DNA of 64,000 nt from Candidatus Woesebacteria bacterium GW2011_GWC1_42_9 (GTDB lineage: Bacteria > Patescibacteriota > Microgenomatia > UBA8517). The stretch spans positions 6,989-70,988 of the forward strand of contig LCET01000003.1 in NCBI GenBank assembly GCA_000995185.1, given 5' to 3'. Made by a program: the position numbers and the translations under genes. The notes under the pieces are model-generated. The model was not told the origin of the DNA. It ran no database searches and saw only the letters and a program-made list of their open reading frames with translations. Position 1 is the stretch's first letter. The number at the start of each line of letters is the position of its first letter. This document shows, piece by piece, positions 48,141 through 58,702 of this stretch.

Positions 48141-48925
48141 GTACTCCCGTGGGGGTAGTTGCCGCGCAATCTATCGGCGAGCCAGGGACTCAGCTGACCA
48201 TGCGTACGAAGCACACGGGAGGGGTTATAGGGATAGATGTTACCCAAGGATTGCCTCGTGTTGAAGAATTATTGGAGGCAAGATTGCCAAAATCTTTGTC
48301 TCCAATTTCAGAGCTTCCAGGGAAAGTAAAGATCAGCGAGCAAGAAGGAGGATGGAATGTGACTGTCACTAATTCTTCTGCTAAGCCTAAAGAGACGCGG
48401 GAATATATAATCCCAAAGACTAGTAAACTTGTGGTTGAAGCAGGTCAGTTGATTGAAGCGGGAACCCAGCTTTCTTCAGGATTTTTGGATCTTCAAGAAA
48501 TTCTCCTGATAAGAGGGCTTAGGGCGGCGCAGGAATATTTGGTTGAAGGTTTGCAGTCGGTATATGAATCACAAGGGATACCAATAAACGATCGCCATTT
48601 TGAAGTTATAGTGAGGAAGATGAGCGATGAAGTAAAAGTTGTGACATCTGGCGACACCTCTCTCTTGCCCGGGGAACAACTTAGCCGAGCGAGATTTGAG
48701 GAAGAAAACGAATCAGTATTAGCACAAGGAGGAGAACCTGCTAGTGCAAGACAAGTTATCCTAGGGATTACCAAAAGGGCTTTGTTTACGGAATCCTGGC
48801 TCTCGGCAGCAAGCTTCCAGCAAACAACGGATGTTCTGGCTAAATCCGCACTCATTGGTAGAAAAGATAAGCTTATCGGCTTGAAAGAAAATGTGATTAT
48901 CGGGAGGCTTATTCCTGTAGAATAG
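48107..48925 (+). CDS. rpoC: RpoC C-terminal part, out of frame with the upstream ORF
   Basis: [48 protein letters not shown]. Confidence 0.9.
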   Translation: MDLSDKEPVEIGTPVGVVAAQSIGEPGTQLTMRTKHTGGVIGIDVTQGLPRVEELLEARLPKSLSPISELPGKVKISEQEGGWNVTVTNSSAKPKETREYIIPKTSKLVVEAGQLIEAGTQLSSGFLDLQEILLIRGLRAAQEYLVEGLQSVYESQGIPINDRHFEVIVRKMSDEVKVVTSGDTSLLPGEQLSRARFEEENESVLAQGGEPASARQVILGITKRALFTESWLSAASFQQTTDVLAKSALIGRKDKLIGLKENVIIGRLIPVE

Positions 48926-48932
48926 ACATATT

Positions 48933-49388
48933 ATGCCAACAGCATCTCAATTAGTCAGAAAACCAAGAAAAAGGATTAGGAAAAAGACGAAGACAGCGGC
49001 TTTGAAGCGCTGGTTTAATGCTAAAGATAGGAAGTTTAAATCCCTTAATGCACCATTTAAGCGCGGGGTAGTTCTTTCAGTGAGAACTATGACGCCAAGA
49101 AAGCCAAATTCAGCTTTAAGAAAAGTGGCGAGAGTTAGGCTCTCGAATAAACAAGAGGTGACAGCATATATCCCGGGAGAGGGGCATGAGTTGGCTGAGC
49201 ATTCGATTGTCATGGTGAGGTCAGGGAGAGTAAAAGATTTAGCTGGGGTGCGTTACCAGGTTGTCCGAGGCAAATATGACACAAAAGGAGTCGTCGGCCG
49301 GAAAACTTCCCGTTCAAGATATGGAGCGAAAAAATCAGGAATGCAAGAAGTTGTTTCGGGAGGATCTTCCGAGGAAAAAGCAGAATAA
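48933..49388 (+). CDS. rpsL: 30S ribosomal protein S12
   Basis: [28 protein letters not shown]. Confidence 0.97.
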   Translation: MPTASQLVRKPRKRIRKKTKTAALKRWFNAKDRKFKSLNAPFKRGVVLSVRTMTPRKPNSALRKVARVRLSNKQEVTAYIPGEGHELAEHSIVMVRSGRVKDLAGVRYQVVRGKYDTKGVVGRKTSRSRYGAKKSGMQEVVSGGSSEEKAE

Positions 49389-49397
49389 ATTAATTAT

Positions 49398-49877
49398 ATG
49401 CCAAGAAGAGGACCAGCTAAAAAAAGAAAAGTCACCCCAGATGTGATTTATGGGAGTGAATTGGTGTCAAGACTTATCAATCGCATGATGAAGGATGGCA
49501 AAAAGAGTATCGCGGAAAAGCAGGTTTATGGAGCCCTCGGGATTATTGAAAAAAAGACTAAGTCTAAACCGGTTGAAGTTTTTGATAGTGCCATTGAAAA
49601 AATTAAACCTCTGATGGAGGTGCGTCCGAGAAGAGTTGGAGGGGCAGCCTACCAGGTCCCTATACCAGTACGAGGGGACAGAAAAGTTTCTTTGGCAATT
49701 AGGTGGCTAATTTTTGCCGCGCGGGCAAGATCAAGTAGCGACTATCATACATTTTCTGAAAAATTGGCGGCAGAAATTATCGACGCTTCAAATGAGGAAG
49801 GCGGGGCTGTTAAGAAAAAACAAGAAATGGAACGCATGGCTGAAGCCAACCGAGCCTTCGCTCATTTTCGATGGTAA
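49398..49877 (+). CDS. rpsG: 30S ribosomal protein S7
   Basis: RRVGGAAYQVP, MAEANRAFAHFRW. Confidence 0.97.
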   Translation: MPRRGPAKKRKVTPDVIYGSELVSRLINRMMKDGKKSIAEKQVYGALGIIEKKTKSKPVEVFDSAIEKIKPLMEVRPRRVGGAAYQVPIPVRGDRKVSLAIRWLIFAARARSSSDYHTFSEKLAAEIIDASNEEGGAVKKKQEMERMAEANRAFAHFRW

Positions 49878-49942
49878 TCGAAAGAAATCCCGTGATACGA
49901 AGTATTTTACGGGACTTCAGGTGGTAAATTATTTGTTTATAT

Positions 49943-52108
49943 ATGGCGGCACAAGCGATTAAAAGAAAGAGTGCAATGGTCTCGGCGGTTACTGAAAACC
50001 GCACTGTTCCCTATGAAAAAATCCGAAATATTGGGATTATTGCTCATATTGATGCGGGAAAGACTACAACCACCGAGAGGATTTTATTTGAAACGGGGAA
50101 AACCTATAAACATGGATCAGTGGATGAAGGGACAACTGCAACAGACTGGATGGAACAGGAGCGGGAGCGTGGAATAACTATCGTCTCCGCGGCAATTACC
50201 ACATTTTGGGACCTTAAAAGAGATTCATTTGTAGGGGATGGACACTATCGTATTAATATAATAGACACTCCGGGTCACATTGATTTTACAGCTGAAGTTG
50301 AGCGGTCGCTTCGAGTTTTGGACGGAGCAGTGATGGTTTTTGACGGAAGGACTGGGGTAGAAAGTCAATCAGAAACGGTTTGGCGACAGGCTAATACTTA
50401 TAATGTCCCAAGAATCTGCATCCTCAATAAATTAAATTTGGTAGGTGCAGATTTTGAAGGGAGTCTTAAGTCTATAAATGAACGATTGGGCGCAAATTCA
50501 TCCCCGATACAAATTCCTATTGGAATTGAGCATGGCCTACGCGGTGTGGTTGATCTTATTAAGATGAAGGCGTTCACTTATGAAAAAATAGAAGATAATA
50601 AGTTAAAAGAAGAAGAAATCCCGAGCGACCTGGCCGACATGGCCAAAAAATACCGCACTCAATTAATTGAAAAAGTGGCCGAGTTTGATGACGAAGTGCT
50701 TGGGAAATATTTAGATGGCAAAGAGTTATCTGAGCAGGAAATTAAAAGGGCGATCCGTTTAGGGGTGATTCAAGGTAAGTTTTTCCCGATACTTGGAGGA
50801 GACAACCGTATGGCTACAGTGCGGCTTCTTTTGGATGCGGTGGTTGAGTATCTTCCCTCTCCAATTGATTTACCGCCTGTTTCTGGACAGAGCCCAAAGA
50901 CTGGGAAAAAGGAAATCCGCGAGAGAAAAAAAGAAGATAAATTTTCCGGGCTTGCCTTCAAAGTGGTGACTGATCCTCATGTCGGACGCCTAGTTTATGT
51001 GCGGATATATTCAGGAAAAATTAAGGCCGGTGATACCGTTTACAACGTTACGAAACAAAGGTCAGAGCGGATTGGAAAGCTAGTACTAATGCACGCTGAT
51101 CAAAGGGAACTAATAGATGAAGCTTATGCCGGAGAAATTGTCGCCGTTGTTGGAATTAAGGAGACCACAACAGGTGATACTTTAAGTGACCCCGCGAATC
51201 TTATTCTTCTCGAGTCAATCAGTTTTCCTGAGCCAGTTATCTCTTTGGCGATAGAGCCGGCGACCAAAGCGGACCAGGAGAAAATGGGCATGGCTCTCAA
51301 TAAACTCTCAGACGAAGATCCTACCTTTAAGATTCGAAGTAATCCAGAAACTGGCCAGACAATAATCTCTGGAATGGGAGAACTTCAGCTTGAGGTGTTA
51401 GTTGATAGAATGCGCCGTGAATTTGGAGTGGAAGCGGCAACCGGCGCCCCCCAAGTAGCTTACAAAGAGACTATTAAAAAAATCGCCGAAGGCGAGGGAA
51501 AATATATTCGGCAAACTGGGGGCAGGGGGCAATATGGGCATTGTTTCTTGCGGATTGAGCCGAAGGGTCGCGGAGAGGGTTTTGAATTTATTAATAAAAT
51601 CAGAGGTGGCTCAATCCCTTCTGAGTATGTTCCAGCCATTGAGAAGGGGGTAAAAGAAAAATTGGAAAGTGGGATTTTGGCAGGCTATCCGATGACTGAT
51701 ATTAATGTCGCAGTCTATGATGGCACTTACCACGATGTTGATTCAAGTGAAATTGCATTTAAAATTGCTGGGTCCCTGGCTCTTCAAGATGCTGCTAAGA
51801 GAGCTGAAATGATTCTTCTTGAGCCAATAATGAAAATTGAAGTAACCACTCCGGATGAATTTATGGGTGATATTATTGGCGATCTTTCTTCAAAAAGAGC
51901 ACAGATTCAAGGGACCGAAAACAAGGCCAATTTTACAATTATTACTGGAGTCGCACCGTTGGCCGAGCTTTCGGGATATGCTACAAGCCTAAGGTCTATT
52001 TCTCAAGGGAGAGCGAGTTTTTATATGGAGCCATCGCATTATGAAGAAATTCCGGCAAATATTGCCGAAAAGCTGATTGCTAAAAGGAGCGAGGTGCCGG
52101 CGAGGTAA
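49943..52108 (+). CDS. fusA: Elongation factor G
   Basis: AHIDAGKTT, ERGITI, DTPGH, GMGELQL, GGRGQYG, HDVDSS. Confidence 0.97.
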   Translation: MAAQAIKRKSAMVSAVTENRTVPYEKIRNIGIIAHIDAGKTTTTERILFETGKTYKHGSVDEGTTATDWMEQERERGITIVSAAITTFWDLKRDSFVGDGHYRINIIDTPGHIDFTAEVERSLRVLDGAVMVFDGRTGVESQSETVWRQANTYNVPRICILNKLNLVGADFEGSLKSINERLGANSSPIQIPIGIEHGLRGVVDLIKMKAFTYEKIEDNKLKEEEIPSDLADMAKKYRTQLIEKVAEFDDEVLGKYLDGKELSEQEIKRAIRLGVIQGKFFPILGGDNRMATVRLLLDAVVEYLPSPIDLPPVSGQSPKTGKKEIRERKKEDKFSGLAFKVVTDPHVGRLVYVRIYSGKIKAGDTVYNVTKQRSERIGKLVLMHADQRELIDEAYAGEIVAVVGIKETTTGDTLSDPANLILLESISFPEPVISLAIEPATKADQEKMGMALNKLSDEDPTFKIRSNPETGQTIISGMGELQLEVLVDRMRREFGVEAATGAPQVAYKETIKKIAEGEGKYIRQTGGRGQYGHCFLRIEPKGRGEGFEFINKIRGGSIPSEYVPAIEKGVKEKLESGILAGYPMTDINVAVYDGTYHDVDSSEIAFKIAGSLALQDAAKRAEMILLEPIMKIEVTTPDEFMGDIIGDLSSKRAQIQGTENKANFTIITGVAPLAELSGYATSLRSISQGRASFYMEPSHYEEIPANIAEKLIAKRSEVPAR

Positions 52109-52111
52109 CTA

Positions 52112-52181
52112 TTGACATAGTAAACTTTCCTTGTGATAATACTAGCGTTACCCCGTTAGTACGGGGTTTGCTTTGGCTAGT
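52112..52181 (+). promoter_or_regulatory. Internal tuf promoter and leader hairpin
   Basis: TTGACA-17-GATAAT; ACCCCGT/ACGGGGT stem. Confidence 0.6.
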
Positions 52182-52221
52182 AAAAGCGAGTTAAAATTGA
52201 TTGAGTTTAAAAAAATAAATC

Positions 52222-53421
52222 ATGGCAGCAGAATCAAAAAAGAAATTTGAAAGGAAGAAGCCACACGTTAATATTGGTACCATTGGTCATGTTGACCACG
52301 GGAAGACTACATTAACTTCGGCTATTTCTACGGTGCTTGCGAAGCACGGTATTAGCGAAGAGGGAGCGATGAGCTTCGATCAAATCGATAATGCCCCAGA
52401 AGAGAAAGAAAGAGGAGTAACTATTAATATTTCCCATATCGAATATGAGACTAAAAAGCGTCATTATGCTCATATTGATGCCCCAGGCCACCAAGATTAC
52501 ATTAAAAACATGATTACCGGCGCCGCTCAGATGGACGGGGCAATTTTGGTTGTCAGTGCAGAAGATGGACAAATGCCCCAAACTAGGGAGCACGTCATTT
52601 TAGCCCGACAGGTGAACGTCCCCGCTATTGTTGTCTTTTTGAATAAATGCGATAAAGTAGATGATCCGGAAATCCTTGATTTGGTAGAGGAGGATTTGCG
52701 TGCGCTTCTTACTCAGTACGAGTACCCCGGTAAAGAGATCCCTATTGTCCGAGGCTCCGCGTTGAAAGCCCTTGAGGGTGATGCAGAGGCGGAGAAATCG
52801 ATCCTTGAGCTTATGGATAAAGTAGATGAGTATATCCCTGAGCCAAAAAGGGACGAAGATAAGCCGTTTTTGATGCCAGTTGAGGACGTTTTTTCAATCA
52901 AAGGTCGTGGAACAGTGGTAACCGGAAGGGTTAGCCGAGGAAAACTTAAAGTGAATGAAGAGATTGAGATCGTTGGAATTAAAGCCACTAAAAAGACGGT
53001 GGTTACGGGGCTCGAGATGTTTAGGAAGTCACTTGATGAGACTCTCGCAGGCGACAACGTGGGAGTTCTTCTAAGGGGAGTTGAAAAAGGGGATGTTGAG
53101 CGGGGGCAAGTTTTGGCCAAATCCGGTACTGTTACTCCCCACACGGAATTTGAGTCAGAAGTATATATTCTTTCAAAAGATGAACATGGTAGGCATACTC
53201 CATTTTTCTCGGGTTACAAACCACAGTTCTTTATTGGGACAGCTGATATTACAGGTGAAGTGACTTTGCCCAAAGGCATTGAGATGGTGATGCCTGGGGA
53301 TAATGCCAAAATGAATGTTAAATTGATTGTTCCGATTGCCCTGGAAGAAGGGATGCGTTTTGCTATTCGTGAGGGTGGTAAAACCGTCGGAGCAGGAGTA
53401 ATCAGCAAGATTACCAAGTAA
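52222..53421 (+). CDS. tuf: Elongation factor Tu
   Basis: [22 protein letters not shown]. Confidence 0.98.
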   Translation: MAAESKKKFERKKPHVNIGTIGHVDHGKTTLTSAISTVLAKHGISEEGAMSFDQIDNAPEEKERGVTINISHIEYETKKRHYAHIDAPGHQDYIKNMITGAAQMDGAILVVSAEDGQMPQTREHVILARQVNVPAIVVFLNKCDKVDDPEILDLVEEDLRALLTQYEYPGKEIPIVRGSALKALEGDAEAEKSILELMDKVDEYIPEPKRDEDKPFLMPVEDVFSIKGRGTVVTGRVSRGKLKVNEEIEIVGIKATKKTVVTGLEMFRKSLDETLAGDNVGVLLRGVEKGDVERGQVLAKSGTVTPHTEFESEVYILSKDEHGRHTPFFSGYKPQFFIGTADITGEVTLPKGIEMVMPGDNAKMNVKLIVPIALEEGMRFAIREGGKTVGAGVISKITK

Positions 53422-53442
53422 GCACTTTATTATTTTATTAAA

Positions 53443-53751
53443 ATGCCAGCAGGTAGACTAAGAGTCAAGCTGAAAAGCTATGACCATAGAGTTATAGATG
53501 AAGCTGCCGCAAAGATCCTCGACACAGCCATGGCTACAGGGGCGAAAATTGTTGGTCCAATTCCACTTCCTACTAAACGTACCATTATTCCGGTTCAAAA
53601 ATCCCCTTTTGTCAATAAAGATGCGAGGGAACATTTCGAGATTTTGGTGCACAAGCGCTTGATTGATATTATTGACCCAAGCGATAGGACTGTTGACAGC
53701 CTCAGTAATCTCGACCTTCCCGCCGGTGTCTCCATTGAGGTAAAGATGTAG
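53443..53751 (+). CDS. rpsJ: 30S ribosomal protein S10
   Basis: LKSYDHR, GPIPLPT, HKRLIDI. Confidence 0.97.
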   Translation: MPAGRLRVKLKSYDHRVIDEAAAKILDTAMATGAKIVGPIPLPTKRTIIPVQKSPFVNKDAREHFEILVHKRLIDIIDPSDRTVDSLSNLDLPAGVSIEVKM

Positions 53752-53761
53752 CCGAGATCCC

Positions 53762-53876
53762 TTGCTCCGAGCTCGGCAATTTGCTATACTTTGCGCTAAC
53801 GTGGAGGTGATGATTACCTAGCTTCGAGCTTAAGACGAAGAAGATTTTGGGGTTGCGCCTTCGGGCGTTTTTTTGT
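53762..53876 (+). promoter_or_regulatory. Promoter and structured leader/attenuator upstream of rplC
   Basis: TTGCTC-17-TATACT; AGGTGA/TTACCT hairpin; CGCC-TTCG-GGCG followed by a T-run just before the rplC ATG. Confidence 0.6.
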
Positions 53877-53881
53877 GAAAG

Positions 53882-54532
53882 ATGTTAAATACCATTCTTG
53901 GCACTAAGATTAAGATGGACCAAGCCTTTGAGGAGGATAGGCGCATTTCTACTACTCTAATTAAGGCCGGGCCTTGCGTGGTGACACAAGTTAAGACCCT
54001 TAAAAATGATGGATATTGGGGAGTGCAGGTTGGCTTTGGAGAGAAACGAACCACAAAGCTTACAAAACCAGAAAAAGGTCATTTGAAGGGGCTTAAGATT
54101 ACTAAGAAGGCCCCTCGTTTTTTGCGGGAAATTCGTTTTAATTCGGAGCCAAAAAAAAATGACGGCGGGGAGGTTAAAGTGGGAGACGTTATCGATCTCT
54201 CCCAAATTTTTACCAAAGGTGATTTAGTTCGAGTCACCGGAGTGAGCAAAGGAAAGGGATTTGCTGGAGTGGTAAAACGCTGGAGATTTTCAGGTGGGCC
54301 GAAGACCCACGGCCAGGGCACCAAATATCGCGGACCAGGATCAATCGGCCAAGGTACCACACCAGGTAGGGTATATAAGGGCAAAAAAATGGCAGGGAGA
54401 ATGGGCGGGGAAAGAGTAACTGTAAAAAATTTGAAGGTGTTGGGGGTTGATCTTGAGAGAAATGAGTTAAAGGTTTCCGGTCCTGTTCCGGGAATTCCAA
54501 ATGGATTATTGGTTATTGAAAAAATAAAATGA
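53882..54532 (+). CDS. rplC: 50S ribosomal protein L3
   Basis: SKGKGFAG, PGSIG, KKMAGRMG. Confidence 0.97.
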   Translation: MLNTILGTKIKMDQAFEEDRRISTTLIKAGPCVVTQVKTLKNDGYWGVQVGFGEKRTTKLTKPEKGHLKGLKITKKAPRFLREIRFNSEPKKNDGGEVKVGDVIDLSQIFTKGDLVRVTGVSKGKGFAGVVKRWRFSGGPKTHGQGTKYRGPGSIGQGTTPGRVYKGKKMAGRMGGERVTVKNLKVLGVDLERNELKVSGPVPGIPNGLLVIEKIK

Positions 54533-55161
54533 AGATAAACATCTACTCCACCAGTTCAAATGCGAAGTCAGTATTTACACTTCCGAAATACTTCAGTGAG
54601 CCGATAAATCTAAAACTTTTGGCGCAGGTCCTGCATGTTTATCGTGCACATCAACATATAGGTTTTTCGAAGACCAAGACACGTGGAGAAGTTTCGTTAA
54701 CCACGGCAAAATGGTATCGACAAAAAGGTACAGGTAGGGCAAGACATGGAGCAAAAAGTGCACCGTTATTTGTCGGGGGAGGGATAGCGCATGGACCCAA
54801 GGGGCTAAAGCGAAAATTAACTATCCCTGCGAAGATGAGAATAAAGGCACGCAATGTGGCTTTATCTCTTAAGGCTAAAAATAAAAAAATTACTGGGGCA
54901 GTTAAGATTGGAGATGTTAAAAAGACCAAGGATGCGGCCAAGTTTATTGAAAAGATAATCAAAGGAGAAAAACTAGATCGAAAAAAAGTTAAATTTACGC
55001 TTGTCCTTTCTAGTAAGAATGTCAAAACTGGCAGAAATTTTAGAAACATCCCTAAAGTGAATGTTGTCAGGTTTGAAGATTTAAATGCCTTTTTGGTTTA
55101 TTTCGGCGGACAAATTATTTTTGATAAAGAAGTTTTCATTGTAAAGAAAATTAAAAAATGA
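54529..55161 (+). CDS. rplD: 50S ribosomal protein L4
   Basis: KTRGEV, RQKGTGRARHG, GGGIAHGP. Confidence 0.96.
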   Translation: MKINIYSTSSNAKSVFTLPKYFSEPINLKLLAQVLHVYRAHQHIGFSKTKTRGEVSLTTAKWYRQKGTGRARHGAKSAPLFVGGGIAHGPKGLKRKLTIPAKMRIKARNVALSLKAKNKKITGAVKIGDVKKTKDAAKFIEKIIKGEKLDRKKVKFTLVLSSKNVKTGRNFRNIPKVNVVRFEDLNAFLVYFGGQIIFDKEVFIVKKIKK

Positions 55162-55439
55162 GAATAAAACCAATATTAACTGAAAAAAGTCTCAAGGATG
55201 CAGCCAATGGCCGTTATTCTTTTTGGGTTCCAACATCTTTAACTAAAAAACAAATTGGGGTGATTGTATCAAGTTTATTTGACGTGACGACCAAGAAGAT
55301 TGAGACGGTCAACTATATTTCTCGGGTAAAGCGTACTCATAGGAAAAAGAAAACAATTAGAGCACGAAAAAAGGCTATCGTTACTGTTGGAGAAAAGGAG
55401 TCAATAAGTTTGTTTGGCGAGGATAAAAAGAAAAAATGA
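55158..55439 (+). CDS. rplW: 50S ribosomal protein L23
   Basis: KPILTEKS, KKAIVT; operon position. Confidence 0.93.
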   Translation: MRIKPILTEKSLKDAANGRYSFWVPTSLTKKQIGVIVSSLFDVTTKKIETVNYISRVKRTHRKKKTIRARKKAIVTVGEKESISLFGEDKKKK

Positions 55440-56188
55440 CTGTAAAATTAAAATCAATATTACCGAAAAAATCGGGGAGATCGTGGGGTAGCGTTGTTGT
55501 CCGTCACCAGGGGGGAAGGCATAAAAGATTTTTGAGAAAGATCGATTTTTTGCGGGATAAACGTGATATTTGGGGTGTTGTTGAGGCGATTGAATATGAT
55601 CCAAATCGTAATGCCCGTATCGCAAAAATATTATATGAAGACGGAGAAAGGAGATATATCTTGTGCCCTGATGGTGTGAGTGTCTCACAGAGAGTAATTG
55701 CCTCTGAAGAGGCGCCACTAAACGCGGGGAATGCACTCCCGCTTTCCAAGATCCCTGCTGGGTCCGCGATACATAATATCGAAATTCGGCCAGGAAGGGG
55801 TGCGCAATTAGTTAAAAGCGCGGGGAGTGTTGCCCAGTTACAAGGTAAAGAAGATGAATATGTTCAAATTAAATTACCTTCAGGTGAGCTTAGAAGAATT
55901 AAATCCGAGTGTTATGTCACTTTGGGCCAGGTTAGTAATCCAGAGTTTAGGGCGAGAAGACTTGGAAAAGCTGGAATAGCAAGACGAATGGGGAGGCGAC
56001 CGACAGTTCGCGGAGTTGCGATGCACCCGGGGGCTCATCCTCATGGGGGTGGAGAAGGTAGAAGCGGAGTTGGATTAAAATACCCAAAGACATATACTGG
56101 GAGGCCTGCAGTGGGCAGAACAAGAAAAAAAGGGAAATATTCAGATAAAGCTATAATTACCAGGAGGAAGCCTGGAAAGCATAGTTAA
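55436..56188 (+). CDS. rplB: 50S ribosomal protein L2
   Basis: IEYDPNR, RGVAMHP.AHPHGGGEG. Confidence 0.97.
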   Translation: MTVKLKSILPKKSGRSWGSVVVRHQGGRHKRFLRKIDFLRDKRDIWGVVEAIEYDPNRNARIAKILYEDGERRYILCPDGVSVSQRVIASEEAPLNAGNALPLSKIPAGSAIHNIEIRPGRGAQLVKSAGSVAQLQGKEDEYVQIKLPSGELRRIKSECYVTLGQVSNPEFRARRLGKAGIARRMGRRPTVRGVAMHPGAHPHGGGEGRSGVGLKYPKTYTGRPAVGRTRKKGKYSDKAIITRRKPGKHS

Positions 56189-56191
56189 CAA

Positions 56192-56473
56192 ATGGCAAGA
56201 AGTAGTAGAAAAGGACCGTATGTTGATGAGCGCCTGATAAAAAAGGTGCGTTCTGGCGTGGGAGGCAAAAACAGCCCCATAAAGACGTGGTCGCGCGGGT
56301 GTGCAATTGCTCCTGAGTTTGTTGGGAAGTATTTCAAAGTACACAATGGCCGAATTTTTATAGATGTCTTTGTGACTGAGGATATGGTAGGGCACAAGCT
56401 TGGAGAGTTTGCACCAACAAGGACTTTTAGGGGGCATGGGCAAGTAGTAAAGAGAATAGTTGAAAAAACCTAG
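56192..56473 (+). CDS. rpsS: 30S ribosomal protein S19
   Basis: [18 protein letters not shown]. Confidence 0.97.
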   Translation: MARSSRKGPYVDERLIKKVRSGVGGKNSPIKTWSRGCAIAPEFVGKYFKVHNGRIFIDVFVTEDMVGHKLGEFAPTRTFRGHGQVVKRIVEKT

Positions 56474-56474
56474 T

Positions 56475-56846
56475 ATGAAAGCAAACTCAGAACAGAAGTA
56501 TGTTAGAATAACACCTCGAAAGCTGAGGCTGGTTGTGGATTCTATTAGAAAACTTACACCAGAGCAAGCAATAGAAGTATTGCCGTTAATTAATAAGAGG
56601 GCAGCTGAGCCCCTCCTTAAGGCGGTCAAGTCGGCCGTGTCTAATGCAAAGAATAAAGGCATTGACTCGGCAGACCTGCGTTTTGTGGAAATTCAGATCA
56701 ATGAGGGCCCGAGAATTAAGCGGGGAAGGCCTGTGTCTCGAGGGCGATGGCACCCTGTTCTCAAGAGAATGAGCCATATAAAAGTTATCGTTGAAGCAAA
56801 GAAAGAAAAAGAAAAACAAAAGCGTAAAAATGGGACAAAAAATTAA
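56475..56846 (+). CDS. rplV: 50S ribosomal protein L22
   Basis: RITPRKLRLV, SAVSNA, NEGP, SHIKV. Confidence 0.95.
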   Translation: MKANSEQKYVRITPRKLRLVVDSIRKLTPEQAIEVLPLINKRAAEPLLKAVKSAVSNAKNKGIDSADLRFVEIQINEGPRIKRGRPVSRGRWHPVLKRMSHIKVIVEAKKEKEKQKRKNGTKN

Positions 56847-57483
56847 TCCAATTGGTTTTAGAGTAGGTAAATTTATTCCTTGGAAATCAAGGTGGTTTGT
56901 GGATGACAGATCCTACAAAGATATGCTGATTGAGGATATCAAAATCAGAAAGTTTTTGATGGAAAAATTGAAGGTTTCCGGGATAACTAGTGTAGAAATT
57001 GAGCGGCTTCCCAAAAGCATGGTCATTACAATGACTGTTTCCAGACCTGGAGTAGTCATTGGGCGGGGCGGGTCTGGGATTGAGGAAATAAAAAATGACA
57101 TCCTTAGGATTATTAAGAAGGTTCGAGGGAGTGCTCCTAAGACGCTTAAAATTGACTTACAAGTGCACGAGGTAAAAAATCCTGAGTTATCTGCTCAACT
57201 AGTTGCTAATAGAATAATCGGAGAACTTGAGCGCAGAATGCCTCATCGACGAGTTGTGGCCCGTACAATGGATCGCGTGATGCAGTCAGGAGCAAGCGGC
57301 ATAAAGATTGTACTAAGCGGGCGGATTGGGGGAGCTGAAATTTCTAGAGTTGAAAAATATAATCAAGGGTCTGTCCCAACACAGACCTTAAGGAGTGATA
57401 TAGATTATGCCCAAATGCCTGCACTTCTTAAAAGAGGATATGTCGGAGTGAAAGTTTGGATTCATAGACCTAGTGGAAACTGA
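56830..57483 (+). CDS. rpsC: 30S ribosomal protein S3
   Basis: [29 protein letters not shown]. Confidence 0.97.
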   Translation: MGQKINPIGFRVGKFIPWKSRWFVDDRSYKDMLIEDIKIRKFLMEKLKVSGITSVEIERLPKSMVITMTVSRPGVVIGRGGSGIEEIKNDILRIIKKVRGSAPKTLKIDLQVHEVKNPELSAQLVANRIIGELERRMPHRRVVARTMDRVMQSGASGIKIVLSGRIGGAEISRVEKYNQGSVPTQTLRSDIDYAQMPALLKRGYVGVKVWIHRPSGN

Positions 57484-57890
57484 TGTTGCAGCCTAAAAAA
57501 AGTAAATACAGAAAAAGTTTTCGGGGAAGAAGGAGAGGGATGTCGATGAGAGGATCTTCTCTGGAGTTTGGAGAGTACGGGTTAAAATCTCTTGGCAGAG
57601 CTTGGCTTTCTGCCGCTCAGATTGAAGCGGCCAGAAGAGCGATTTCAAATAGCCTGAAGAGAAAAGGGAAAGTATGGATCCGTGTTTTTCCGGATAAGCC
57701 GGTAACTGCAAGACCCGCCGGACAAAGAATGGGTGGAGGAAAGGGAGATGTTGATCGCTATGTCGCGGTTGTTAAACCTGGCAAAATCATTTTCGAAGTC
57801 GCCGGGATTAGTGAGGACGCGGCCCGGGAAGCTTTTAGGCGGGCATCAGATAAATTACCATTTAAGACGAGATATATAACTAAAGAATAA
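57483..57890 (+). CDS. rplP: 50S ribosomal protein L16
   Basis: [24 protein letters not shown]. Confidence 0.97.
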   Translation: MLQPKKSKYRKSFRGRRRGMSMRGSSLEFGEYGLKSLGRAWLSAAQIEAARRAISNSLKRKGKVWIRVFPDKPVTARPAGQRMGGGKGDVDRYVAVVKPGKIIFEVAGISEDAAREAFRRASDKLPFKTRYITKE

Positions 57891-57892
57891 CC

Positions 57893-58096
57893 ATGAAAAA
57901 AAGAGATTTGGCGGAATTAAGGAAAAAAGATCAAAAGGAGCTGGGGGGTTTGGTAATCGCTAAAAATAAGGAAAGAGATATGTTTTTGGCGAAGATGTCG
58001 GTTGGCAAAGAAAGCAACACAAAGCAAGCAAAAGCCATTAAACGAGATATTGCTCAGATTATGACTATTTTGAGAGAGCAGCAAAAAAAGAAATGA
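57893..58096 (+). CDS. rpmC: 50S ribosomal protein L29
   Basis: IKRDIAQIMT; operon position. Confidence 0.88.
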   Translation: MKKRDLAELRKKDQKELGGLVIAKNKERDMFLAKMSVGKESNTKQAKAIKRDIAQIMTILREQQKKK

Positions 58097-58332
58097 AAAT
58101 ATTTACAGGAACAGTAGTAGCAAAAAAGATGGATAAAACCGCAACAGTAGTGGTTGAGCGGTTTTTTGCCCATCCGGTTTATGAAAAACGAATTAGAAAA
58201 TCGAGGAAATATCATGTACACGATGAGGTTGGTTCAAAGCTGGGAGATATGGTGAGGTTTGTGACAACAAGACCAGTTAGTAAACTTAAAAAGTGGAAAA
58301 TAATTGAAATTTTAAAGAAAGAGAAGAAATAA
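58093..58332 (+). CDS. rpsQ: 30S ribosomal protein S17
   Basis: KMDKTATV, HPVYEKR, RPVSKLK. Confidence 0.95.
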   Translation: MKIFTGTVVAKKMDKTATVVVERFFAHPVYEKRIRKSRKYHVHDEVGSKLGDMVRFVTTRPVSKLKKWKIIEILKKEKK

Positions 58333-58333
58333 A

Positions 58334-58699
58334 ATGGTACAGCTTAGAAGCAGATTAAATTTGGCGGATAATTCCGGAGCGAAACAATTAATGGTAATTG
58401 GTATTTCTGTAAAAATAGGGAAGAAAGCAACTCTTGGGCAGGTAGTGCAGTGTTCTGTTAAAGGTGCTGACCCAAACGGGACAGTGTCAAACAAGGAAAA
58501 GGTCAAAGCCGTAATTGTGCGTACAAAGAAAGAAGTCAGAAGGAAGGATGGCACTTATATCCGTTTTGACGACAATGCTGCCGTGATTATAGATAAACAG
58601 GGATTGCCATTAGGGACGAGGGTTTTGGGTCCGATTGCGAGAGAAGTTAAAGACGCAGGCTATACAAAGATCGCATCGCTTGCAAAGGAAGTTGTATAA
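58334..58699 (+). CDS. rplN: 50S ribosomal protein L14
   Basis: ADNSGAK, RFDDNAAV, GPIAREV. Confidence 0.97.
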   Translation: MVQLRSRLNLADNSGAKQLMVIGISVKIGKKATLGQVVQCSVKGADPNGTVSNKEKVKAVIVRTKKEVRRKDGTYIRFDDNAAVIIDKQGLPLGTRVLGPIAREVKDAGYTKIASLAKEVV

Positions 58700-58702
58700 C
58701 AA

